From positions 1-22,016 of the IMG/VR virus record IMGVR_UViG_2548876856_000003: a stretch of 22,016 nt of DNA; one strand, written 5' to 3'. Numbering within the stretch: position 1 is the stretch's first letter; every line of letters begins with the position of its first letter. Source of the stretch: a virus (Duplodnaviria; Heunggongvirae; Uroviricota; Caudoviricetes). The position numbers and the translations under genes are program-made. This document shows, in pieces, positions 1 to 7,929 of the stretch. The notes below the pieces were generated by a model. It was not told where the DNA came from and did no database searches. It worked only from the letters and a program-made list of their open reading frames with translations.

Positions 1-819
1 CTGCATTACTTTATCATTATATATATGATAATAAAAATAGGTTTCTTTACTAAGAGACTTGAAAGTTGAAGCTAATCCCATTGACTCAACTCCAGCAATG
101 ATGCCCAATGATTGCATCTCAGATAAAAAATTATAGTTTAGCTCATTATCTAAGTATTCGTTGCTGAAGTTCGAACCAACTTTCTCCCCCTTGATAATCC
201 TATCAAGAAAGAGAAAAGAGAACAGTTTTTGTATTTTATTTGCTTCTTTTTGTGTCAGATTTTTGATGAAATCAACAGTTCTTAATGAATACGAACCTGG
301 GCTTTTTAATTCACCTGCAAGTATTCTTCCCCATAAATCCTGTAACTTCTCTGAACTACTTGTTGCAGCACTATCTCTCCACCTTAGCAACCAATCATTT
401 TCTATATTTTCGGCAGTAGGCTCAGACTGATCAATTGAAAGTATTTCTTCGGCAACAAATAATGACTTGGCGATATTTATTTCTTTCTGGACTTCATTTG
501 CAATAAGTTGAGTGCTTACTGCATTTTTTAAATTATCGAAATTTATGTAAGGCTCCATTGAACCTGAATTATCATACTCTTGTTTACTTTCTAATGAAAT
601 CAGTTTGGGGTTGTTTAGATCATTTAACGAAACGATTGCTTTTCCACTTTTTATGTTCTCAACATCCATCTCTGTTTGAGCCAAAACTAACATTTTTTTC
701 CTTTCCATTTCTAAACTGGCAACTCCCTCCCTACGCATTTGCCAGGGCTTACATAAAGCGCCAATACCTTTTTCTGCTGTGGTTTCCCACAGTTTAGTTA
801 CAAGCTTTGAACCAAACAT
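1..819 (-). CDS. Hypothetical protein, partial (3' end lies beyond the window start); AT-rich accessory ORF
   Basis: Minus-strand frame is open from the ATG at 819-817 to position 1: I checked every plus-strand triplet in frame 1 and found no TTA/CTA/TCA. AGGAG lies 10 nt upstream of the ATG and an in-frame stop sits just upstream at 844-846. Absent from the ORF track because it has no stop in the window. Composition is much more AT-rich than the phage genes. No recognisable catalytic motif in the visible 273 aa. Confidence 0.6.
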   Translation of the reverse strand, partial: MFGSKLVTKLWETTAEKGIGALCKPWQMRREGVASLEMERKKMLVLAQTEMDVENIKSGKAIVSLNDLNNPKLISLESKQEYDNSGSMEPYINFDNLKNAVSTQLIANEVQKEINIAKSLFVAEEILSIDQSEPTAENIENDWLLRWRDSAATSSSEKLQDLWGRILAGELKSPGSYSLRTVDFIKNLTQKEANKIQKLFSFLFLDRIIKGEKVGSNFSNEYLDNELNYNFLSEMQSLGIIAGVESMGLASTFKSLSKETYFYYHIYNDKVMQ

Positions 820-822
820 TCT

Positions 823-834
823 AGGAGATCTCCT
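823..834. promoter_or_regulatory. 12-bp perfect palindrome AGGAGATCTCCT overlapping the ribosome-binding site of the 1-819 ORF
   Basis: The sequence is identical to its reverse complement. It contains the Shine-Dalgarno-like AGGAG and the complementary CTCCT immediately upstream of the minus-strand start codon. Confidence 0.3.
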
Positions 835-969
835 GCACCAATTTTAGGTAATAATATAATGCAAAAAATATAACGCACTGATTTTATAATGGAAAGATAT
901 CAGAGATCACTGGCATGAGTCTAGACAGAGCAATTTGGGCATAAATGATGACTCAAACGGGAGATATTC

Positions 970-1239
970 TCACGCTACAGTTGTGGCTTTCAGTAAATCC
1001 AGTGCCATCTGTTTTTGAGACGGTGACATGTTGTTAAGTAGGGCTTGAACAATCACATCACCCGTTTTCGCACTGGGGCTGAGAGTGTGGGAGAACGTCA
1101 GATTCATCACAAACGTATGGCCACACTCGACATCTGAACAGGCGCAGTAAATATCCGCAATCTGCCGGTGCTTCCGGTTTGTTTTACGAATAACAGCCTT
1201 TGAGCCGCATTCCGGGCATTCGATTTTCAGAACTCGCAT
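970..1239 (-). CDS. Ogr/Delta-family zinc-finger protein (phage late-gene transcription activator-like)
   Basis: Translation MRVLKIECPECGSKAVIRKTNRKHRQIADIYCACSDVECGHTFV has the CPxC...R.T.R...YCxC....CGHTF arrangement typical of P2 Ogr / P4 Delta zinc fingers. GGAG lies 8 nt upstream of the ATG at 1239. An alternative upstream start at 1293 overlaps the portal stop as ATGA. Confidence 0.65.
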   Translation of the reverse strand: MRVLKIECPECGSKAVIRKTNRKHRQIADIYCACSDVECGHTFVMNLTFSHTLSPSAKTGDVIVQALLNNMSPSQKQMALDLLKATTVA

Positions 1240-1289
1240 ATTCCATGCTCCAGCTGTTAAATGATGCCTGGATTTTAGCCTTTTTCGCC

Positions 1290-2351
1290 TCATGCCGCAT
1301 CCTTATCCGTTGATTCTGTGTAACTTAAATCAAAGTTAAGGCGCAGTCTTTCCGGTATTTCGGGATCGTTGTTAACAGCGGTCATAAACCTGCGCTGAAT
1401 GGGCGCTATCTCGCTTTTCTTGTAAATCCTTTCCGCCTTTTCAACATCCCCCAGACCGGCAGTGTTCTGCGGGACAATTCCTGCCAGTCCTGCCGGAAAG
1501 CGGTGCGCGTTGAGAATGTCCTGCGCACTGATGTTTTTGATGTTGGCAAATTCATCTTTTGCGGAGATATCCCCCATTTCAATGAACTTGATCGCATCCC
1601 CATCCCCGCCAGGAATGTTCACCAGAATAGTGGAGAAGTTACCGATACCTTTGCTGTCACGCAGTTGCTGTTCAATCTCTTCTTCCATTTCATCCGTCAT
1701 ACTGGGATCACGCGTGTAGAGAATGCCGCCAGTATGAGCGCCGTTGTGGTAGTAGCGGCGGCGAAAAATTACGGCTTCGCTGTTAAGCAATGCCGAGTGT
1801 ACGCCGCCGATATAGTCGGGCAGTCCGTAAATATGCTGTTGCGGGTCGTACATCTTGATAAAAATGATATCTTCCTGTGGCCATACCTGCGGTTCGCCGT
1901 CCTGCAATACCACATAATCGCCGGGCTGGTCTGTGGCGTTGTCCCTGACTTTACGCCGGCGAATATACAAGCCGGGTAAAGGTTCCAGGGCAATCACATC
2001 CCCCCATCCGTTGCGGATTTTGCCAATCGCAATATCCCCGAAGGTTGTATAGTCAAACGCTGCGGCTTCCAGCTGGTCGTAAGTCAGGCCACCGCCCAGA
2101 TAATCAGACACAATCATATTTTTCCGGGCGTGGATGATGCCGCCATGCTGACCGTTCAGATTGATGAGCTGTGCCAGTGCCAGCCGGTCAATCGGCTGGG
2201 TAAAGTGATCGGCGGCATTGTCGTACCAGATGTCGCGGTAATCCGTACCGGTGGTCAGCACGGGTTCCGGTTTGCCGAATGTAATGATGCTCATTTTTTT
2301 GGACTTATCGCCGCGCGGGTTGCGCTTAACGAAGCGGTTTTTTTTACTCAT
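1290..2351 (-). CDS. Phage portal protein (P2 gpQ-like)
   Basis: 353-aa ORF immediately downstream of, and overlapping by 4 nt, the large terminase gene. Size and position match the P2 Q/P arrangement, divergent from the capsid operon. Confidence 0.75.
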   Translation of the reverse strand: MSKKNRFVKRNPRGDKSKKMSIITFGKPEPVLTTGTDYRDIWYDNAADHFTQPIDRLALAQLINLNGQHGGIIHARKNMIVSDYLGGGLTYDQLEAAAFDYTTFGDIAIGKIRNGWGDVIALEPLPGLYIRRRKVRDNATDQPGDYVVLQDGEPQVWPQEDIIFIKMYDPQQHIYGLPDYIGGVHSALLNSEAVIFRRRYYHNGAHTGGILYTRDPSMTDEMEEEIEQQLRDSKGIGNFSTILVNIPGGDGDAIKFIEMGDISAKDEFANIKNISAQDILNAHRFPAGLAGIVPQNTAGLGDVEKAERIYKKSEIAPIQRRFMTAVNNDPEIPERLRLNFDLSYTESTDKDAA

Positions 2352-4123
2352 GCAGCCTCTTTCCTTACACCCCAGCGGGATTTCGGTTTGTTTTCGTAGT
2401 TGAGTGGTTCGTTATGCAGGGCGTGGGTAATTGCCCAGAACGCCTCCGCGTGGCCAGTGTCCTGGCTGCGGTCAGCGACAAATGTCATGGCGTTACCGCT
2501 TTGCGTGGTGGTGCGGCGTACAGCCATAAAGCTGGCCGGGATCTCTTTCAGGTTCTTGTCCCATTCAATACGCTGACTTTCCACCACGTCCGCCGCTTTC
2601 AGTACCAGCTGATTTTTCGTGTTCATGTCGTAACGAATGGCGACGGCCACGCGCATGGCAAAATGCTGGATGTTGTCAAAAACACCCTGGCCAATACCGG
2701 TAACGTCCACTCCCAGATAGGTGAAGTTGTATTTTTTAAACAGGAGTTCGATCTGCCTGGCCTGATAGCGGAAGTTCATGCCCTTCCAGTTAATAACCTT
2801 CAGAACGCGGAATTTCTCTGCGGCATACATCGGCGGGGCAATAATCACAAAACACGACAAATCGCCGCTGCGTGCCGGGTCAAAGCCTCCCCATACTGGC
2901 CTGTCACCAAATGGCCGCGCAGCGTCCGGGTTGTGATCCTGCCAGGTGTCCACTTCCACGCCACAGGCTTCCAGATCTGAAAAACTGAATACGGAATCCT
3001 TGCTGTCCACGAACACGCACATATAGAGCATGTTGAAGGTGGCCGTGTTGTAGCGGTTGCGCAGCTTCTCGATGTTGGCCAGGTTGAAGCCACCTGCAAT
3101 GGCATCTTCCATCGTGATGACATAGCGCCACTGCCCATCCGGGCAAAGCCGTCCGCCGTTGCGCATTTCATCAAAGGACGGGAACTGAGCGGCCGCGCGT
3201 TTTTTGCTGCCCTGTTTCCATTCTTCCCCCGTCCAGAACGGGTAAGCCTGGTGCGTTTTGGCCGATGGCGTTGAAAAGTAGGTGGTGCGCCATTTGTCAT
3301 GGGTGGCCATTGCGCTGGCCACTTCGTTAAGCCTGGCGAAGTTAGGCACCCAGAAATATTCGTCACAGTACAGGTGGCCACTGTAGGACTGTGCTGTGTT
3401 TTTGTTGGTTGAGAGAAAACGCAGTTCAGCGCCGTTGCTGAGGCGGATCGGGTTGCCGGTCAGCGTGATGCCAAAATACTGTTCTGCAATGTTGACGATG
3501 TAAGACCTGAAGTATTCCGCCTGGACTTTGGAGGCAGACAGGAAGATTTGCGGATCGCCTGTCATGACCGCGTTTTCAAAGGCTTCAAACGCAAAGTACC
3601 AGGTGGCACCGATCTGGCGACTTTTAAGGATGTTCCTGACCTGCTGGCCGATGTTTCTGCGCAGGTGTTTCTGGTATTCAAAAAGATGTTCTTCCGCCCA
3701 GGAGTCAAAATCTGCCTGGGTCAGAGAAGAAATATCGTTTTTCCTGTTTTTGCGTTTGGGGCGCGGTTCATCGCTGTTGCTGTCCCGCGCAGCTGCCTGA
3801 CCGTTACTCTGGCCGCTGGCCATCTTTTCTTTATGCTTATTGCTTTGAGCACGCAGCTTTGTGGCGTGGGCAATCAGCATGTCCATTTCTTTCAGGTCGA
3901 GATCGGTTTTATTATCGCGGCTGGCCAGCAGCTGGTAGCGGCGTTCAATTGCCTCCTCTGTACTTTCAAAGCTGAGTAAATCCGCCCAGCTGTATTTCTC
4001 AGCCCAGTAGTAAACGATCCGCGCATTCGGCAGATTTAATTCTGATGCAATTTCTTTGGGCGTATAGCGGCGCAAATAAAGTGCGCGGACAACGCCTTTT
4101 AGTTCTTCTGAGTATTTAGCCAT
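2348..4123 (-). CDS. Terminase large (ATPase) subunit (P2 gpP-like)
   Basis: 591 aa. Contains the terminase-type deviant Walker A segment KSRQIGATW and a C-terminal nuclease-like region. Divergent from the scaffold/capsid genes as in P2. Confidence 0.85.
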   Translation of the reverse strand: MAKYSEELKGVVRALYLRRYTPKEIASELNLPNARIVYYWAEKYSWADLLSFESTEEAIERRYQLLASRDNKTDLDLKEMDMLIAHATKLRAQSNKHKEKMASGQSNGQAAARDSNSDEPRPKRKNRKNDISSLTQADFDSWAEEHLFEYQKHLRRNIGQQVRNILKSRQIGATWYFAFEAFENAVMTGDPQIFLSASKVQAEYFRSYIVNIAEQYFGITLTGNPIRLSNGAELRFLSTNKNTAQSYSGHLYCDEYFWVPNFARLNEVASAMATHDKWRTTYFSTPSAKTHQAYPFWTGEEWKQGSKKRAAAQFPSFDEMRNGGRLCPDGQWRYVITMEDAIAGGFNLANIEKLRNRYNTATFNMLYMCVFVDSKDSVFSFSDLEACGVEVDTWQDHNPDAARPFGDRPVWGGFDPARSGDLSCFVIIAPPMYAAEKFRVLKVINWKGMNFRYQARQIELLFKKYNFTYLGVDVTGIGQGVFDNIQHFAMRVAVAIRYDMNTKNQLVLKAADVVESQRIEWDKNLKEIPASFMAVRRTTTQSGNAMTFVADRSQDTGHAEAFWAITHALHNEPLNYENKPKSRWGVRKEAA

Positions 4124-4284
4124 GCGGATAATTATGCCGTGGCTGTTATGAAAAAACGGCGGTGTTAATTCGCGTCTGTTCGGTAATACGTGATAACCGA
4201 ACTGTTCAGAATAAAGCGTGATGCGGTGGTGGTTTTATTAGGCAATAATTGATTTGCAGCGTCGGTGAATAAATCAGGGGGGAT
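4124..4284. promoter_or_regulatory. Divergent intergenic region between the terminase/portal operon and the capsid operon; contains a 7-bp inverted repeat GTTCGGT-N11-ACCGAAC (4178-4202)
   Basis: 161-bp non-coding gap between divergently transcribed late operons. The inverted repeat was read directly from the sequence. It is not an exact P2-type TGT-N12-ACA site. Confidence 0.4.
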
Positions 4285-5088
4285 ATGTCGCATTTAAAAA
4301 CTGACTGGCTGTGTGTTGCTACCGAGGGGGATACTGTTGACGGCAGAGATATTAAACGTCAGTGGATTATCGATATGGGGGAAACCTATGACTATAACCA
4401 CTATGTCGCTTTAATCTGGCCAGAACATGAGGATGATTGCGGTAATTTTGGGGAGGTACTGGAAGCCACCTGGCATGATGGTGAGGATGGACTGGCGCGG
4501 CTTTACGTCAGCCTTTGCCCGAATATGCGTCTGATATTCGCCAACCATGAAGATCAGCTCCTGTTCTTCTCGATTGAACCGGAAGAAAACTGGCGCGGTA
4601 GTGGGCGTACATACCTCAAGGGGCTGGCGGTGACAGATACTCCCGCCAGTGTTGGCACCACACGGCTGCGCTTTAGTAGTCGGCGCAAAAAATTATCTAA
4701 GCAGGGATATTACAGTTGTGTGATTTCCCGTGATGGAAAAATAAAACAGGAAATTCGAATGAAGAACTGGCAAAAATTGTTTGGTATTAAACCGAAGTTT
4801 GAAGATGAAACGCCGCCTGATGATACCGCACAGGGTGATGATAAGTTACAGGTGCTGGCCAACGCGGTAAACGAACTGGAAGGCCGTGTGGCCAAAATTG
4901 AAAATCAGCTGAATGATGTTCAGGGTGATGTAGATACCATTGCGGAAGTGGTCGATACCGAAGAATTTGCGGCTATTCGTGATAATGCAAAAGATATCGT
5001 TCAACGTTTTAACGATCTGGGTAATAAATCAACCCGTACACCAGGGCGCAAGATTTCAGAAAAAGCGGGTAAGTTTAATTTCCTGTAA
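4285..5088 (+). CDS. Capsid scaffolding protein (P2 gpO-like)
   Basis: The motifs EGDTVDGR and YLKGLAVTDTPASVGT match my recollection of conserved gpO segments. First gene of the rightward capsid operon; C-terminal region is charged and coiled-coil-like. Confidence 0.8.
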   Translation: MSHLKTDWLCVATEGDTVDGRDIKRQWIIDMGETYDYNHYVALIWPEHEDDCGNFGEVLEATWHDGEDGLARLYVSLCPNMRLIFANHEDQLLFFSIEPEENWRGSGRTYLKGLAVTDTPASVGTTRLRFSSRRKKLSKQGYYSCVISRDGKIKQEIRMKNWQKLFGIKPKFEDETPPDDTAQGDDKLQVLANAVNELEGRVAKIENQLNDVQGDVDTIAEVVDTEEFAAIRDNAKDIVQRFNDLGNKSTRTPGRKISEKAGKFNFL

Positions 5089-5149
5089 TACGTTCTGACG
5101 TTAATTAGTACAAAACATTTTTATTATCGCTTAATAGCGAGGGAGTTTT

Positions 5150-6172
5150 ATGCACCTTAATAATCGTGCACGGGATTTACTGGATAAATATTCGAGTGGT
5201 ATGGCGCAGCAGTTTGGCGCACGTGATACCAGTCGTTATTTCTCCCTGAATGACCCGCAGGAAAATGCGCTGCGTCTGGCGCTTCTGGAGTCCGTGGAGT
5301 TCCTGAACATGATCACCTGTCTGGACGTTGACCAGCTGAGTGGCCAGGTGATTTCTGTTGGTTCCTCCGTGCTGCATACCGGCCGCAGTGAAAATGGCCG
5401 TTTTGTTCGTCAGGTCGGCGTGGACGGCAATGACTATTCACTGGTTGAAACGGACAGCTGCGCGGCACTGCGCTGGGATCTGCTTTCGGTCTGGGCCAAT
5501 GCCGGTAAGGACGAAAACGAGTTTTACAACCTGGTCCAGACGTTCACCACGCAGGCATTTGCGCTGGATATGCTGCGTATTGGTTTTAACGGTAAGAGCC
5601 GTGCCAAAACGACGAATCCAACGGATAACCCGAACGGCGAAGATGTCAACATCGGCTGGCATGAGCGTATGAAAACGCTGCTGGGGGGTAATCAGATTAT
5701 GACCGATCCGGTCGTACTGGATGAAGCCGGGGATTACAAATCACTGGATGCAATGGCTTCAGACCTGATTAACGCCAAGATTCCGGCACAATTCCGCAAT
5801 GACCCGCGTCTGGTGGTTCTGGTCGGTGCTGATCTGGTTGCTGCTGAACAATACCGACTGTATCAGGCCGCAGACCGCCCGACTGAGAAAATTGCGGCGC
5901 AGATGCTGGGCAGCACCATTGCTGGCCGTCCTGCTGTTATCCCGCCGTTTATGCCGGGTAAACGTATGGTCGTTACGCCGCTTTCTAATCTGCATATCTA
6001 TACCCAGCGCAACACCCGTATGCGTAAAGCGGAATTTGTTGAAGACCGTAAACAGTTCGAAAACAAATACCTGCGCAATGAAGGGTATGCGGTTGAGGTG
6101 CCGGAACTGTATGCGGCCATTGATGAATCTGCCGTAACCATCGGCAAGGTTTCCGAACCAGCAGAGGGCTGA
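5150..6172 (+). CDS. Major capsid protein (P2 gpN-like)
   Basis: 340 aa, directly after the scaffold gene. The segments GFNGKSRAKTT and GDYKSLDA resemble remembered gpN motifs. GAGGGAG RBS upstream. Confidence 0.85.
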   Translation: MHLNNRARDLLDKYSSGMAQQFGARDTSRYFSLNDPQENALRLALLESVEFLNMITCLDVDQLSGQVISVGSSVLHTGRSENGRFVRQVGVDGNDYSLVETDSCAALRWDLLSVWANAGKDENEFYNLVQTFTTQAFALDMLRIGFNGKSRAKTTNPTDNPNGEDVNIGWHERMKTLLGGNQIMTDPVVLDEAGDYKSLDAMASDLINAKIPAQFRNDPRLVVLVGADLVAAEQYRLYQAADRPTEKIAAQMLGSTIAGRPAVIPPFMPGKRMVVTPLSNLHIYTQRNTRMRKAEFVEDRKQFENKYLRNEGYAVEVPELYAAIDESAVTIGKVSEPAEG

Positions 6173-6175
6173 TAA

Positions 6176-6877
6176 ATGGCTCTTTCTCCCGCGCAGCGTC
6201 ACAGCCAGCGCATTGCGATGGAACAAAAGCTGAAACGCAGTCAGGCACTGGAAACCACAGAAAGCATGCACCTGTTGATTAACGCGCTGGAAACGGATGT
6301 GGAGCATGCCCGTAACCTGCCGACAATCGCGGATCGCGTTGAGTTTAAGCGGGATGTGTTGCTGCCGCGCTGGACACCGACTGTGGAAGCGTATCTGGAA
6401 AGCGGGCAGGTGTACGCCAACCCGGTGTTTGCCTGGTGTGTTATCTGGCTGTTTGACGTGGGCGATCTGGATAAGGCGCTGGACTGGGCTGACATTGCAA
6501 TCAGCCAGCAGCAGGCAACCCCGGATCGGTTGCGCAGCAATTTTCCCACGTTCGTGGCCGATACGATGCTGGCCTGGGCGCAGGAAACATCAGGGCGCGG
6601 GGAAAGTGTTGAGCCGTATTTTTCCCGCACATTTGAGCGTGTCGCCAGTACCTGGCGGCTGCATGAACAAGTTACGGCCAAGTGGTTCAAGTTTGCCGGG
6701 CTGGAGCTGCTGCGCGGCGAAGATGGCCAGACAACGGCCGCGAGTGTGGACGACATTGAAACGCTGGAGAAAGCCGATCAACTGCTGGCCACCGCAGGAA
6801 AATACTATTTAAAAATCGGCGTCAGAACGGCACGGCAGACGATTGCCGCCCGTATCCGAAAACTGACGCAGGGGTAA
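6176..6877 (+). CDS. Terminase small / endonuclease subunit (P2 gpM-like)
   Basis: N-terminus MALSPAQRHSQRI resembles the gpM N-terminus as I recall it. Position after the major capsid gene as in P2. Confidence 0.8.
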   Translation: MALSPAQRHSQRIAMEQKLKRSQALETTESMHLLINALETDVEHARNLPTIADRVEFKRDVLLPRWTPTVEAYLESGQVYANPVFAWCVIWLFDVGDLDKALDWADIAISQQQATPDRLRSNFPTFVADTMLAWAQETSGRGESVEPYFSRTFERVASTWRLHEQVTAKWFKFAGLELLRGEDGQTTAASVDDIETLEKADQLLATAGKYYLKIGVRTARQTIAARIRKLTQG

Positions 6878-6973
6878 AGACTACCGCAAGCCAGGCGGAC
6901 GCGGTGGAGGGCAGAACACTCCGTGTGTCACTGTGCCGTGGAAACCGGTCAGTCCGCCTTTTTCGGGGGAATT

Positions 6974-7426
6974 ATGTTTAGCGGAAAACCGCTGGATTAT
7001 CAGGATGAGCCGCTGACGAATAACGGGTTCTGGCCAGATCTGAATCTGAAGGACTTTCAGGCGCAGCGGTCACTGCCAGCCGATATCGACGCGGACACCA
7101 TCAGTCAGGCGCTGCTGGCCGCAGTCGCGGAGGTGAATGCCGAGCTGGAAAACGTGGAGGCCAGCTGGAAAGCAAAAGGCCACACGCTGGCAGCAGATGT
7201 TCCGGGCGTAAAAATGGGTGGGCTTAACAGTCTGTGTGCCCAGTACATGAAAGCGGTATTTGCCAGGGCAAAAGCGGATCTGCTGGGGGAGTTCGCCACT
7301 GTCGGGCGACGTGATACCCATCCGGGGCAGGAGAGCATGGAAACCCGCGCCGGGCTACTGGCTGAGGCTTCAGTGGTTATCCGTCGCATGAAGGGACTTA
7401 AACGGGCAACGGTGAAAAAAGTATGA
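6974..7426 (+). CDS. Head completion / stabilisation protein (P2 gpL-like)
   Basis: Follows the small terminase gene as in P2. Start chosen at the ATG at 6974, preceded by GGGGGA; the ORF-track start at 6923 lies inside a structured intergenic region. Contains an AEVNAEL segment. Confidence 0.7.
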   Translation: MFSGKPLDYQDEPLTNNGFWPDLNLKDFQAQRSLPADIDADTISQALLAAVAEVNAELENVEASWKAKGHTLAADVPGVKMGGLNSLCAQYMKAVFARAKADLLGEFATVGRRDTHPGQESMETRAGLLAEASVVIRRMKGLKRATVKKV

Positions 7427-7929
7427 GCCAGACACAGCTTGAGAGCCTGACCGCATTTTTTCAGCAAAACGTACCGCTGCGCGCCATGCAGTCATTTGAC
7501 AGTGTGCTGGATGAAATGAAGTTCATCCCAGCCGCGAAGGACTACGGGCTGGGACAGTACCGCCAGGCGGTGATTCGCTATGACGCGGTAATCAGCTGGC
7601 AGCGTTTCCCGTACCGCCTGTGTCCGCCGCAGTTGCTTATGTCGCTGCTGGCCGCGTGGCTGGATGAGGCTGACAGGGAATTACTGGATGAAGTCGGCCT
7701 GACTGAAGCTGAACCGGACTGGGATGTGTCAGTGGAGGATGAGGAAACCGCCACCATTGTACTGACCGTACCAATGGCGGAAGAACTGGTGATCAGGGAG
7801 GACGAAAACGGGGCGATCCCGTGGCAGGGGAAACGCTGGTCGCTGGTTAACCCTGAGGTCTGGATAGCGATCACCGCCAATATTTATGGCGTGGATGAAA
7901 CCGGTGCGCCGGTAGGCGGTAACGAATGA
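7423..7929 (+). CDS. Putative tail completion protein (gpR-like)
   Basis: 168 aa, start overlaps the upstream stop as ATGA. Position between head completion and sheath genes. The segment LLMSLLAAWLDEADRE is reminiscent of gpR-type proteins. Assignment is tentative. Confidence 0.5.
   Translation: MSQTQLESLTAFFQQNVPLRAMQSFDSVLDEMKFIPAAKDYGLGQYRQAVIRYDAVISWQRFPYRLCPPQLLMSLLAAWLDEADRELLDEVGLTEAEPDWDVSVEDEETATIVLTVPMAEELVIREDENGAIPWQGKRWSLVNPEVWIAITANIYGVDETGAPVGGNE

Noticed and set aside
161-797. Two plus-strand ORFs from the track (161-430 and 558-797)
   Set aside because: They lie opposite a much longer uninterrupted minus-strand frame (1-819) that has an RBS and start codon. Their translations are low-complexity and they have no start context, so they are shadow ORFs.
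840-1290. Looked for a P2-type GC-rich cohesive-end (cos) site downstream of the portal gene
   Set aside because: No GC-rich block like the P2 cohesive end is visible here. The cos site is either elsewhere or too divergent to recognise by eye.
1406-3979. Antisense and alternative-frame ORFs inside the portal and terminase genes (for example 1503-1979 +, 2414-2980 +, 2845-3381 -, 3548-3979 +)
   Set aside because: Fully contained within long, well-supported coding regions. They are typical open frames of GC-richer DNA and have no independent signals.
4124-4284. Exact P2-type Ogr binding consensus TGT-N12-ACA in the divergent promoter
   Set aside because: I scanned every TGT in the region and none is followed by ACA at the correct spacing; only the looser inverted repeat is reported.
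5121-5140. Short hairpin TCGCT-TAAT-AGCGA between the scaffold and capsid genes
   Set aside because: Only a 5-bp stem with the T-run on the wrong (5') side for a terminator; too weak to claim a function.
5759-6812. Overlapping ORFs within the capsid and small terminase genes (5759-6307 -, 6241-6756 -, 6297-6812 +)
   Set aside because: Embedded in recognisable capsid and terminase genes with biased Arg/Ser/Cys-rich translations; no RBS or coupling evidence.
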